64,000 bases of DNA from assembly GCA_963718575.1 (NCBI GenBank), contig OY970358.1:805528-869527 (forward strand), read 5' to 3'. Origin of the DNA: an uncultured bacterium (lineage in GTDB: Bacteria > Patescibacteriota > Minisyncoccia > UBA6257 > 2-01-FULL-56-20). Below, one piece after another: positions 48,163 through 58,081 of the stretch (its first letter is position 1; every line of letters begins with the position of its first letter). A program made the position numbers and the translations under genes. Under the pieces are notes generated by a model that saw only the letters and a program-made list of their open reading frames with translations, searched no databases and was not told the DNA's origin.

Positions 48163-50566
48163 ATGGCGTCATTTTATTTATTTGCGGGGATCGTGGTCGG
48201 CGCGGTCATCGTGCTTGCGGCGTACTTCATCATCCGCGCATTTGCCCGCCGGCGGATATTCGATTCGTTGCAGATGTCGCTATTTTTAATAAAAATCCCG
48301 AAGGCCGCACCTGCGGACCGGTCGGCTGGCGGCGGGGAAGGCGGCGATTTTAAAACCGAGCTTGCGCACTTTGAACAGCTATTGAACGGCCTGACCGCCA
48401 TCAAGAAGCCGATCGTGTTCGAAGTTGCCGTGCCGCATATCGGCGAGGAGATCCATTTTTACATCGGCGTGCCAAAGTTGTCCGCTGAGGTCGCTATAAA
48501 ACAGATCCAGGGACTATGGAATGGGGCGAGCGTGGAGCTCGTGCAGGACGATTTCAATATCTTCAACGCGAACGGGGCGACGAGCGCGGCGTATGTGGCG
48601 CAGAAGGAGCACTATGCGCTGCCGATCCGCACGTACGCGCGAGCTGGGCTTAGACTCATTTGAATCCATCGTGGGCGCGTTCGCAAAGATCAACGAGCTT
48701 GGCGAGGGTGCGTCGCTTCAGCTCATCGTGCGCGCGGCATCGGGCGGTTACAAAAAAGAGATCTATCATTATATCGACTCCTTAAAGAAGGGCGAGCCGC
48801 TCAAGAAAGTGTTTGGCGTGGGAATTTCCGGGGTCAGCGTCTCCGACGTCACGGAAGTATTCAATCCAAAGTCAAAAGAAGAGGTCGCAGAGGAGAAGGC
48901 GAAGCGCGTGGTGGATGACGAGGCGGTAAAGGCGTTGCAACTCAAGGTGGCAAAGCCATTGTTTGAGGTGAATCTTCGCCTTGTCGCGTCAGCCGGGTCG
49001 TCGTTCCAGGCAAATGATATTCTCGACGGTCTCACGGCGGGATTCAGCCAGTTTGGCAGTCCCATGCGCAACGATTTCAAAGTTGTGAAACCGCGCAACC
49101 CGAAAAATCTTGTGAACGATTTTATCTACCGCATGTTCGACGATAGCGAGAAGATGATCTTGTCGAGCGAGGAGATCGCGAGCGTCTACCACTTGCCGAT
49201 CTCATCCACGGAGACGCCGCGCGTGAAGTGGCTTAAATCAAAAGAAGCTGCGCCGCCGGAAAATCTTCCGACGAGCGGCCTGCTCATCGGCGATGCCATG
49301 TTTCGCGGCGCGGGCAAGCCGGTGTACATCACGGATGACGATCGCCGTCGCCATATTTATGTGATCGGGCAGACCGGCACCGGTAAATCCACTCTGCTCG
49401 GCAATATGATCATCGAGGATATCCAGTCAGGCAAAGGCGTGGCGATCATCGACCCGCACGGCGATCTTGTGGAGAACGCGCTCGGCTTTGTGCCAAAGGA
49501 GCGGCTGGACGACGTCATCTATTTCAATCCCGGCGATCTCGCGCGCCCGCTCGGCCTCAATATGCTCGACTTCAACGCCGACCGTCCGGAAGAAAAAACG
49601 TTCATCGTGAACGAGATGCAGAGCATCTTCAATAAATTGTTCTCGCAGGAGACGATGGGTCCGATGTTCGAGCAGTATATGCGCAATGCACTTCTGCTTT
49701 TGATGGAAGATATGCCGAATGAGCCGGCCACGCTCGTGGAGGTGCCGCGCATCTTCACCGACGCGGATTATCGCAAGCGCAAGCTCGCGCGCATCCACAA
49801 TCCCGTCGTCGTCGATTTTTGGGAGAAGGAAGCGGTGAAGGCCGGCGGCGAAGCGTCGCTCGCGAACATGACGCCGTACATCACATCCAAGTTCAATAAC
49901 TTCATCTCAAACGATTACATGCGGCCGATCATCGGCCAGCCGAAGTCGGCGTTCAACTTCCGCGATGTGATGGACAGTAAGAAGATATTGCTCGTCAATC
50001 TTTCGAAGGGAAAGATAGGGGACATCAACGCCGGATTGCTCGGCATGGTGATCACCGGGAAAATATTGATGGCGGCGCTCTCGCGCGTGGACATTGCGGA
50101 TGCGGACAAGCGCCCCGATTTCAATTTATATATAGATGAGTTCCAAAACTTCACCACCGATTCAATCGCGACGATCTTATCCGAGGCGCGGAAATATCGC
50201 CTGAACCTGACGATGGCGCACCAGTTCATCGCCCAGCTTGAAGACAAGATCAAAGACGCCGTCTTCGGCAACGTCGGTTCCGAGCTCGTCTTCCGCGTGG
50301 GGGTGCAAGACGCCGAGTTCCTCGTGAAGCAATTCGAACCTGCGTTCAATGAGAATGACCTCATAAACATCGACAATCTCAACGCTTACGCGAAGATTTT
50401 GATCAACGGGCAGACGTCCAAGCCGTTCAATCTCAGGATCGGCACCACGTCGTGGGGCGGCGGCAGCAAAGAGCTGGCGGAAAAGCTCAAGGAGTATTCG
50501 CGGACCAAATATGGCCAGGATCGTCAAGGTATCGAGGACGACATCTTCAAGCGCTTGCGGGCGTAA
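48163..50566 (+). CDS. VirD4/TraG/TraD-like coupling-protein-type P-loop ATPase with N-terminal TM anchor (apparent frameshift near 48645)
   Basis: N-terminal transmembrane segment, Walker A GQTGTGKST and Walker B LYIDEFQNF; about 800 aa after repair of the frameshift. Confidence 0.65.
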
Positions 50567-50854
50567 AGGGAGTTTAGTATATTTAAGGAAGCCCATTTCG
50601 GAGGTTGTTTGCTCAAGATCTGGGCAATCCAAAAAACGAGGACGAACTCAATGAAAAATTGTCTCAACGCCCCCGCCACCCTGACCTGCGCAAACTTCGA
50701 AGCCACCTGCGCCGCGATGACCCCCGACAACCCTGCAGCCTGCGCCCAGACCGGAGCAGCCATCAACAAGTAGACGACCGCAGACCTCCAAGAGCAGACC
50801 AGTGGCCTAAGATCGAAAGATCTTGGGCCACTACTATTTTTATAAACTATCAGA

Positions 50855-52114
50855 CTACATCCGCATCCACGCCTTGAACGCTTTCCACGGCGACATGATC
50901 ATTAAAAGATAATTAAATTCCACGAGGCGGCTGAACTCCCAGCCGAGCCATCCGGAAAAGATGAAAGGACCAAGTTTTGCTACCGCCCAGCTCTCGCCGA
51001 TAGGGATCACGTATGGATATTCTTGGGGGACGAATGAATTATTGCGGGGCACGTAGGAAGCCGTTTCGGCTTTTTTTATTTCTTCCACCACATTGTGCGC
51101 GGCGATCTCACCCTCGAGGATTGCGACATGCGCCACGGCCGGCACCGGTCGTTTCGTCTTTGGGTCCATAAAGCAGACGTCATCACCCACGGCATAGATC
51201 ATCGGTGCGAGCTTTAAATCCGGCGTGCCGGGCAGGCACGACATGTCGTTCTGTGCCATCGGTTTGCCTCGCGGTTCTTTTTGGAGCGGCACGGGCGAAA
51301 GAAGATCGGGCGTCTTCGTTCCGCCGGTCCAGATCAGGACATCAAAAGGAATGTTCACGGGAGTCGCTTCGCCCGGCTTTGCCGGATCGGCGGCGATCAT
51401 GATCTCGTTTTCCGTCACGGATGCGATCTTCATTCCCGTCATCACGGAGATCTTCAATCGCTTGAGGCGGCGCATCGCGATCGCGATGACGTTTGGCGCA
51501 AAGCCGGGCAGGAGCGTCGGCATCGCCTCGACGATTGAGATTGAAACGTGCAGACCCGGATTCTTTTTTTCCTCGATGGTTGCCCACTCTCGCAATTCCG
51601 CCGCGAGCTCGACGCCGTTCGGGCCGCCGCCGCCGGCGACGATGCGGACGTCGCCGCTCTTTGCAAACGCCGCAGAGACGGCGGCGCGGATCTGTAACGC
51701 GCTCTCAATCGTCTTCAACTGCAATGCGTGCTCGCGCAGTCCGGCGATGCCGAAGTAATTTGTCTCCGAGCCGAGCGCGATCACGAGGTAATCCGCACGG
51801 ATCGCGCGGCCATCTTTTAATGCGATCGTTCCACCCGCAACATCCGGAGAGATGATCTCGCCTTGCATGAACGTGATCGGGAAATTCTTTACGAGCATGG
51901 CGATTTCGTACGAGCAGTTGCCCTCGTGCTCCGGCTCCGGCCGTGCCGCAACCTTATAAAGGAGGGGGATGAAGATATGACAGTCATTGCGATCGATCAG
52001 CACGACGTCATATTTTTCAAGCAGGCTCAGGCGTCGTAGTGCGCGCGAAATATCCATCGCCGCGCGAAGTCCGCCGAAGCCCGCGCCGAGGATTACGATA
52101 TGGTTCTTCTCCAT
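50855..52114 (-). CDS. ndh: Type II NADH dehydrogenase (FAD-dependent pyridine nucleotide-disulfide oxidoreductase)
   Basis: Two Rossmann GxGxxG motifs (ILGAGFGGL; VAGGGGPNGVE). Confidence 0.85.
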   Translation of the reverse strand: MEKNHIVILGAGFGGLRAAMDISRALRRLSLLEKYDVVLIDRNDCHIFIPLLYKVAARPEPEHEGNCSYEIAMLVKNFPITFMQGEIISPDVAGGTIALKDGRAIRADYLVIALGSETNYFGIAGLREHALQLKTIESALQIRAAVSAAFAKSGDVRIVAGGGGPNGVELAAELREWATIEEKKNPGLHVSISIVEAMPTLLPGFAPNVIAIAMRRLKRLKISVMTGMKIASVTENEIMIAADPAKPGEATPVNIPFDVLIWTGGTKTPDLLSPVPLQKEPRGKPMAQNDMSCLPGTPDLKLAPMIYAVGDDVCFMDPKTKRPVPAVAHVAILEGEIAAHNVVEEIKKAETASYVPRNNSFVPQEYPYVIPIGESWAVAKLGPFIFSGWLGWEFSRLVEFNYLLMIMSPWKAFKAWMRM

Positions 52115-52208
52115 ACGCCCATTATACGGTGCTTTGACTTATCCTTATAATAAGGATATAATATCGGCAGGACATTTAGATGTGCGCTATGGCGCGGGAG
52201 GAACGACC

Positions 52209-52733
52209 ATGGGTAAGCCTGGATTCTTTGGATTATTCTCACTCCCACAGAAGTTGACCTGCTGGGATAATCTTTACGATATTGCCGTCCGTTTGCCCGG
52301 GTTCAAGATCTCGGCAGAGGTTCTTATCGCACAATCCGCGGCGAGCCGTTTGATCGAGCAATGCGGGGAAGAAGGAAGCGATCCCGAACTCCTTGATCGC
52401 GCGGCCGAGTATTACGCGTCCGCGCTCAACGAACTGCAGGGGAGTCTTGCAGTCTTCTTTATCGAATTTCGTCGCGATGCGATCGAGCGATTCAATCGAG
52501 CGGTGATTCATCCGGATCCGTTCGAAGTCGAAGCGCGTCGAGTGGTCAGGAAAAGCCTGAGGGAGATGTTCGGATTGACCTCTCAGGAAAAGTTTGACCT
52601 TCGGCGGGCATTCGATCTGATGGTCGTCATCGGTTCTCTCCTCGATGGTTTGTCCATCAGCAACTGCTCGTGCCGCACGCATCGGGATTCGCGCTGGAAG
52701 AAATCCCTTGCGGGATTAAGCGAAGTCGCCTGA
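52209..52733 (+). CDS. Hypothetical protein
   Basis: GGGAGGAA SD 6 nt before the ATG, and a terminator follows. Confidence 0.5.
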   Translation: MGKPGFFGLFSLPQKLTCWDNLYDIAVRLPGFKISAEVLIAQSAASRLIEQCGEEGSDPELLDRAAEYYASALNELQGSLAVFFIEFRRDAIERFNRAVIHPDPFEVEARRVVRKSLREMFGLTSQEKFDLRRAFDLMVVIGSLLDGLSISNCSCRTHRDSRWKKSLAGLSEVA

Positions 52734-52748
52734 TCACCGCCAACCAAC

Positions 52749-52783
52749 GGGCCGCTCATCACGAGCGGCCCGTTTTCTTTTTT
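52749..52783 (+). terminator. Intrinsic terminator GGGCCGCTC-ATCAC-GAGCGGCCC + T-run
   Basis: 9-bp GC stem followed by GTTTTCTTTTTT. Confidence 0.75.
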
Positions 52784-52817
52784 ATGAAATATCGCGGGAT
52801 TCTGCTAAAATAAGAGC

Positions 52818-53936
52818 ATGATTAACTATCTGAGTTCCGTGACCCCGAAAGCGCTCGCGGGAACGGTATTGCTTCGTCTTGATTTCAATACGGAGGACGA
52901 CTGGCGGATGCGCGCGGTCCTGCCGACCATTAAACTTTTATTAAAGACAAGCGATCGGATCATAATAGTGAGCCACCGGGGCCGGCCGGTGGGGTTTGAT
53001 AAAAAGCTCAGCCTGCGTAGCGATGCGTTAAAACTTTCTCAACTGCTCGGGGGAAGGAAGGTCACATTCATTGATCGCTTCCGCTTTGCGGAAATAAGGC
53101 GTCAGGTGAACGCCGCGCCGCGCGGTTCGGTGTTCCTTCTCGACAACCTGCGGTTTTTGCCGGGCGAGGAAAAAAACGATCCAAAGTTGGCAAGGCGGCT
53201 TGCCTCGCTTGCGGATTTTTATGTGAACGATGCGTTTGCGGTCTCGCACCGTGCGAATGCATCGGTCGTCGCCGTCACGAAGTTCTTGCCGAGCTATGCG
53301 GGACTCGAAATGGAGCATGAGATCACATCGCTCAGTAAGGCGGTCATAAAACCAAAGCGTCCGGTGGTGCTCATCCTCGGCGGCGCGAAAGCGTCGGACA
53401 AGCTCGGCGTCATCGCATATTTTAAACATAAGGCGGACTGGTTCTTGCTTGGCGGCGGCTCGGCGAATACGATCTTATCGCTCACGGGGATGGATATGAA
53501 GAAGTCCGTAAAAGATAATGACCCCAAAGAACTTCCGGCCCTGAAAAAGATCGCCGCGTATAAGAATGTGGTCCTGCCCTGTGATTTTGTCTGGGGCGAT
53601 GCGAGCGCCCGTGACAGGATCTTGGACGTCGGTCCGAAAACAGTGGCATCGTTCACCAAAAAAATCGCGACGGCGCGGACGATCATTTGGAGCGGTCCGC
53701 TCGGACTTATCGAGAAGAAGCGATACACGAAAGCGAGCGTTGCGATCGCGCGCGCGATCGGCCGCAATCGTCGTGCATTCTCCGTATCCGGCGGGGGAGA
53801 GACGGTGATGTTCCTCAAACAATATAAGCTTGATAAAAAATTCAGCTTCATCTCGACCGGCGGCGGCGCGATGGTGGATTTCCTTGCGGGAAAAAGATTG
53901 CCGGGGATCGAAGCCCTGCGACGACCGTTACAATAA
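52818..53936 (+). CDS. pgk: Phosphoglycerate kinase
   Basis: Two-domain PGK with N-terminal R..D.N substrate motifs and C-terminal GGGA. TAAAAT lies 6 nt before the ATG. Confidence 0.9.
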   Translation: MINYLSSVTPKALAGTVLLRLDFNTEDDWRMRAVLPTIKLLLKTSDRIIIVSHRGRPVGFDKKLSLRSDALKLSQLLGGRKVTFIDRFRFAEIRRQVNAAPRGSVFLLDNLRFLPGEEKNDPKLARRLASLADFYVNDAFAVSHRANASVVAVTKFLPSYAGLEMEHEITSLSKAVIKPKRPVVLILGGAKASDKLGVIAYFKHKADWFLLGGGSANTILSLTGMDMKKSVKDNDPKELPALKKIAAYKNVVLPCDFVWGDASARDRILDVGPKTVASFTKKIATARTIIWSGPLGLIEKKRYTKASVAIARAIGRNRRAFSVSGGGETVMFLKQYKLDKKFSFISTGGGAMVDFLAGKRLPGIEALRRPLQ

Positions 53937-53937
53937 T

Positions 53938-54825
53938 ATGAAAAAAAACATCTCAAAGATTCCCAAGCAAAAAATCGTGGTGATCTATCACGGCAATTGT
54001 CCCGACGGATTCGGCGGCGCATGGGCGGCGTGGAAAAAGTTCGGCGCGAAGGCGGCGTATATCGGCGCGCGCGATCGCAATGCGCTTCCGGTGCCGCTCA
54101 AGAACAAGATCGTTTATCTTATCGACTACACCTACGACACGCCCATCATAAAAAAGCTCATCAGGGATAATATCCGCGTGACGGCGATCGACCATCACGT
54201 GAGCCAGCGCGAGGGGACCGAGCTCACCGAGCATTATCTGTACGACGTGAAGCACTCCGGCGCCACGCTCGCGTGGAAGTATTTCCATCCGCTCAGGAAG
54301 CCGCCGATGCTTCTGCGCTATGTGGAGGACCGGGATATTTGGAAGTGGAACCTGCCGCATGCGCGCGAGATGCTGATGATGATCGACCTTGCGCCGTTCG
54401 ATTTCAAAGCGTGGAGCCGGCTCGCAAAAGACCTCGATGATCCGCAGGTCCATGCGACATACCTCAAGAAAGGCGCATTGCTCGAATTGCACTACCGATC
54501 GCTCTACGAAAAGCTTTTGCCGAACGCGGAGCTCGTGAAGTTTGCCGGACACAAGATCTACGCGCTCAACTGCCCGTATTATTTTGCCGATGATCTCGGC
54601 CATGCGCTTGCGGTCAAAACGCATTCGTTCGCTCTGTTATGGAACGAATCCGGCGGGAGGATCCGGTGTTCGCTCCGTTCGGAGGGGAAGATAGACGTGT
54701 CGAAGATCGCAAAGAAATATGGCGGCGGGGGGCACAAGCAATCGTCCGGATTTTCCTTCCCGGTCGGCGAGAAGACGCCGTGGAAATTATTGCCGGCGGC
54801 TCGTTCGAAGGAGCGCATCTCTTAA
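53938..54825 (+). CDS. DHH-family phosphoesterase (NrnA-like)
   Basis: DHH motif (IDHH), NCPDGFGGAW, and a DHHA1-like C-terminus with GGGH. Confidence 0.8.
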   Translation: MKKNISKIPKQKIVVIYHGNCPDGFGGAWAAWKKFGAKAAYIGARDRNALPVPLKNKIVYLIDYTYDTPIIKKLIRDNIRVTAIDHHVSQREGTELTEHYLYDVKHSGATLAWKYFHPLRKPPMLLRYVEDRDIWKWNLPHAREMLMMIDLAPFDFKAWSRLAKDLDDPQVHATYLKKGALLELHYRSLYEKLLPNAELVKFAGHKIYALNCPYYFADDLGHALAVKTHSFALLWNESGGRIRCSLRSEGKIDVSKIAKKYGGGGHKQSSGFSFPVGEKTPWKLLPAARSKERIS

Positions 54826-54833
54826 TACTCGCC

Positions 54834-55478
54834 ATGCCCGCCAAAAAGAAAAGATTCTATGCATACTTTGTTCCGGCCTTTGGCGCAAAATCGTCGACGG
54901 CGAAGCAGGGCGTGACCGACCGCTGGGCGGTGTGTGAGAAATTTGTGTCAGGGAAAACCGGCGCGCGATTCAAGGCGTTCGATGATCAGCGCTCTGCCGA
55001 AGCGTGGCTGGCGCAAGGCGCGATGTATGAGGCGAAGGCCGTGCAGCCGCGCCCGAGGCTCGAGCCCGGCGTCTATTTCGACGCCGGCACCGGGCGCGGC
55101 AAGGGCGTCGAAGTGAGCGTCACCGACGTTCACGGAAAGAATCTTCTTCACAAAGTGATCGCGGCAAGGGAGCTGAACAAGTTCGGCAAACATCTGGTGG
55201 GCAACGACGACGCGACGAACAATTACGGCGAACTGCTCGCGCTCAGCTTTGCGCTCGAGATCGCGCGGAAAGAAAAAATAAAAAAGGTCTTCGGCGACAG
55301 CAAGCTCGTCATTGAATTCTGGTCGCAGTGGCGGATCAAGCGGAAGAATCTGCCGGAGGAGACGGTCGCGCTTGCGGATGAGGTTTCCCGCGCGCGCGCG
55401 GATTTTGAAAAAACAGGCGGCATCGTAGAGCGCATCTCCGGCGATTTCAATCCCGCGGATTTAGGATTTCATAGATGA
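54834..55478 (+). CDS. rnhA: Ribonuclease HI with N-terminal hybrid-binding (viroplasmin-like) domain
   Basis: N-terminal KKKRFYAYFV...GARFKAFDDQRSAEAWL, and a C-terminal DAGTGRGKG...NNYGELLAL...DSKLVIE RNase H fold. Confidence 0.75.
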   Translation: MPAKKKRFYAYFVPAFGAKSSTAKQGVTDRWAVCEKFVSGKTGARFKAFDDQRSAEAWLAQGAMYEAKAVQPRPRLEPGVYFDAGTGRGKGVEVSVTDVHGKNLLHKVIAARELNKFGKHLVGNDDATNNYGELLALSFALEIARKEKIKKVFGDSKLVIEFWSQWRIKRKNLPEETVALADEVSRARADFEKTGGIVERISGDFNPADLGFHR

Positions 55479-55557
55479 AAACGGATGTATAGATAAAAAA
55501 AGCCGGCGGCGCATCGGTGAACGACGCGGCGCCGGGATCAACGTAGAGAAACAATTG

Positions 55558-55863
55558 TTATGAGGGGCCGATGAGGAAAGTGATCTCGAGCGTGTTTGCC
55601 AATTGATAGAGGCTGTCGTATGATGGCCTCGCTTCGCCCTCCATGATCTTTTCCACGGTTCGTTGGCTGACGCCAGCTTTTTTTGCGAGCGCATTTGCTG
55701 AAAGATTGCGGATTTTGCATTCTTCAGCGATCTGCTTCCCGATCGCCTGTAGTGAGATTTGTTGAGCGCTTTTTGGAGGTTGAATTCGTGGATGGAACTC
55801 TCTGACATGATCAACGGGAATACCGGCGTCGTGACCAAGCCCCTCGATAGTCATCGTGGACAA
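55558..55863 (-). CDS. XRE-family HTH transcriptional regulator
   Basis: HTH_3 (LSANALAKKAGVSQRTVEKI). Confidence 0.7.
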   Translation of the reverse strand: MSTMTIEGLGHDAGIPVDHVREFHPRIQPPKSAQQISLQAIGKQIAEECKIRNLSANALAKKAGVSQRTVEKIMEGEARPSYDSLYQLANTLEITFLIGPS

Positions 55864-55987
55864 TTTTTTCTCCTTCGTCCTGCAGAAATAGTGGAGCAGA
55901 TTTTATAATAAACCATCATGCGTGCATGTCAATAAGAAAATCCGGCGACACCTACCATAATGGCCTGTGTCGCCGGGCCGGGTGTTT

Positions 55988-56254
55988 TTATTTTCCCGTG
56001 AGAAGATATTCGATGGTGCATCCCAATTCTTCTGCGATCTTTTTAAGGATCCCAATCTCCTTTGAAATATCGCCATCACATCCGCTTTCAATCTTACTGA
56101 GTTTTGCACGGGTGATTTCTGCGCTAAATGCCAGTTCTCTTTGGTGAATTTTTTCACCACGAAGACGCCTAATTCTCCTTCCTATTTCTCCCTCCGGAGT
56201 CGTAGGTACGTCATCAGGGTTGAAGGCAACAACTGCGGTCGCGGTCGCCGGCAT
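55988..56254 (-). CDS. XRE-family HTH transcriptional regulator with own TTGACA promoter and AAGGAGG SD
   Basis: HTH_3 (IHQRELAFSAEITRAKLSKIESG). Confidence 0.7.
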   Translation of the reverse strand: MPATATAVVAFNPDDVPTTPEGEIGRRIRRLRGEKIHQRELAFSAEITRAKLSKIESGCDGDISKEIGILKKIAEELGCTIEYLLTGK

Positions 56255-56454
56255 TGATATTCCTCCTTATGTCGGTGGCTATTCCTCAAACTGAACAAGA
56301 ATGGTTTGATTTCCGTCATCGCATCCGTCTCTATATGAATTTTAAAATGCCTAATGAACTGTTTTTCATGATATAATGTCCTGTTATTTTGTCAATAAGA
56401 AAAGGCCGGCGCTGGGGAGCGTCGGCCTGAGTGAAACAGCACAAGAGCGGGTTT

Positions 56455-56820
56455 TTACTCCGGGAAGGATAAAAATGCGCCTTCCTCGTGCAATTGCTCA
56501 AGGGTGAGTGACAGATCTGTTACGGGTTCTCGGGTGTTCCCTTGGTAATAGCCAACAGTACATCCGAGTACCGCGAAAAGTCTGACGAGCTTCTCTCCCG
56601 TCACGCGTTCGTGGGTTTCATTCCCGCATTTAAGGTTGATGAGGCTCAGGAGGCTTAACCCGACCATCTTACGAAGATCAAAGAGCCTCGTGTGTGTCGG
56701 ATTTTTTTTCCACGCGGCGGCGATCGCCTCGGAGATTTTTTTCCGGAAGACTGGTGAGAGCGGCTTTCTTTCGTTCAAATATTTCCAACTTCTTCGCGGG
56801 GATTCCGTAATGCTCGGCAT
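56455..56820 (-). CDS. Hypothetical DNA-binding protein with NUMOD3-like motif
   Basis: RKKISEAIAAAWKKNP resembles the NUMOD3 motif of homing-endonuclease DNA-binding modules. No nuclease catalytic motif. A minus-strand terminator lies at 56412-56445. Confidence 0.45.
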   Translation of the reverse strand: MPSITESPRRSWKYLNERKPLSPVFRKKISEAIAAAWKKNPTHTRLFDLRKMVGLSLLSLINLKCGNETHERVTGEKLVRLFAVLGCTVGYYQGNTREPVTDLSLTLEQLHEEGAFLSFPE

Positions 56821-56891
56821 TTACTCTTTTCCTTTCCCGTACATTGTTTGCCAAAACTTCTGATTTTATCATACAACACCAGAGATATACT

Positions 56892-56920
56892 TGTCAAATT
56901 ATGCCCTGCGTGCTAGAATT
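56892..56920 (+). promoter_or_regulatory. rnpB promoter TTGTCA-17-TAGAAT
   Basis: Consensus-like boxes 5-7 nt upstream of the P1 5' strand. Confidence 0.55.
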
Positions 56921-56924
56921 CTTT

Positions 56925-57412
56925 TGCTGGTCATTCAGGCGGTCGCTGTACGACTATCACCCCCGGCCTTACAGCCCGGGATGGGTCGCGCAGAGGAAAG
57001 TCCGGACACTCTCTTTCTGCGTAACGCGAAAGTGTCGCGTGGAAAGATAAAATAGTAGCGGCTAACAGCCGCCGTTCGTAAGAATAGAGGTGCGAGCAGC
57101 GACGTTCATACTGGAAACGGTATGGAGGACCCCATCCCGAGCTCGATGGTCCAATTCCGCCATAGGGACAACAAAGCGGAAGTGAAACGGCAAAATCCTT
57201 ACTGAGTGCAAGGCCGTGCTCTCGCGATGATTCGCAAAGATCGGCGCGAGAGAGTGCCGCAGCGCCGCGCGTGCAAGCGCGTGGCACGAGCCCGCGAGCG
57301 ATCAAGGGCACAGATAAATGACCGTCCATCATGCGTCGCAAGGCGCATGGTCGACAGAATCCGGCTTATGGATTGCCAGCACAAAACAGCTCGAAAGGGC
57401 TGTTTTTGTTTG
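56925..57412 (+). ncRNA. rnpB: RNase P RNA (bacterial type A) with intrinsic terminator
   Basis: P4 strands AGGAAAGTCCGGAC and ACAGAATCCGGCTTA. P1 pairs TGCTGGTCATTC with GGATTGCCAGCA. Terminator ACAGCTC-GAAA-GGGCTGT plus T5. Confidence 0.8.
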
Positions 57413-57414
57413 TA

Positions 57415-57714
57415 GTGGGCGAAGTGTTAAGAGAGTACCCCCATAGCGTGATTACTTTCCAGCCCCGTGCTCTGAGCTTCAGAATATTTTTCTCATCTCT
57501 CCGACGAAGTGGTGAGGAATATCTTCCCAAGGAAGAAATCCAAGCCGCTTTTCTCGAGTTTGTAGAACAGATGAAGGCAATACGCATTTCCCCGAATAAC
57601 GCCGATATTTATATCGGTTGGTGGGGAAGCCAAGCGACCTTCGAAATCCCGCACCCTTTTTTGGAATTCGCTGCTGTTGCAAAAATTCCAGTTACCTTAG
57701 ACATAAACGACTGA
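57415..57714 (+). CDS. Hypothetical small protein (GTG start) within rnpB-associated cassette
   Basis: ...IYIGWWGSQATFEIPHPFLEFAAVAKIPV; a GGGCGC..GCGCCC plus T-run terminator at 57727-57760. Confidence 0.3.
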   Translation: MGEVLREYPHSVITFQPRALSFRIFFSSLRRSGEEYLPKEEIQAAFLEFVEQMKAIRISPNNADIYIGWWGSQATFEIPHPFLEFAAVAKIPVTLDIND

Positions 57715-58081
57715 CAAAATTATAATGGGCGCACTAGCAATAACTGGGCGCCCTTTTTCTTTTGCCAGCCTTAAACGTCCCGACTACCTCCGTGAAGCTG
57801 GCTGAAACCAGAAAGCAACACGTGGAAAGGGTGTGCTCTGAACTGAAGGAGGGCATGCGTAGGCCATGCTGCTGGCCGGGCTGTATGCACCGAACGGACA
57901 AACCATTAAGTCCTTCACAAAAATTTATGCTTGGAAGGAAATCTAAAAAGTAAACTAAAGTGGGCTAAGCGGTAGGAGAGCGTCTCAGACGAGAATTTAC
58001 GAAACCCCGCAGGGGCGTTTTTGATTGACATTTTCTATTAATTTATGTATCTTAATTTACGGTATAAAAAGGAGCGCTACG

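Noticed and set aside
56931-57415. ORF-track proteins overlapping rnpB (56931-57341 minus, 57199-57384 minus, 57206-57415 plus, 5' part of 57331-57714 plus)
   Set aside because: The region is a well-supported RNase P RNA. The ORFs are Arg-rich GC-frame artefacts.
57997-58018. Intrinsic terminator CCCC-GCA-GGGG + T5
   Set aside because: The stem is only 4 bp and too weak to call confidently. It may still mark the end of the 57762-57953 region.
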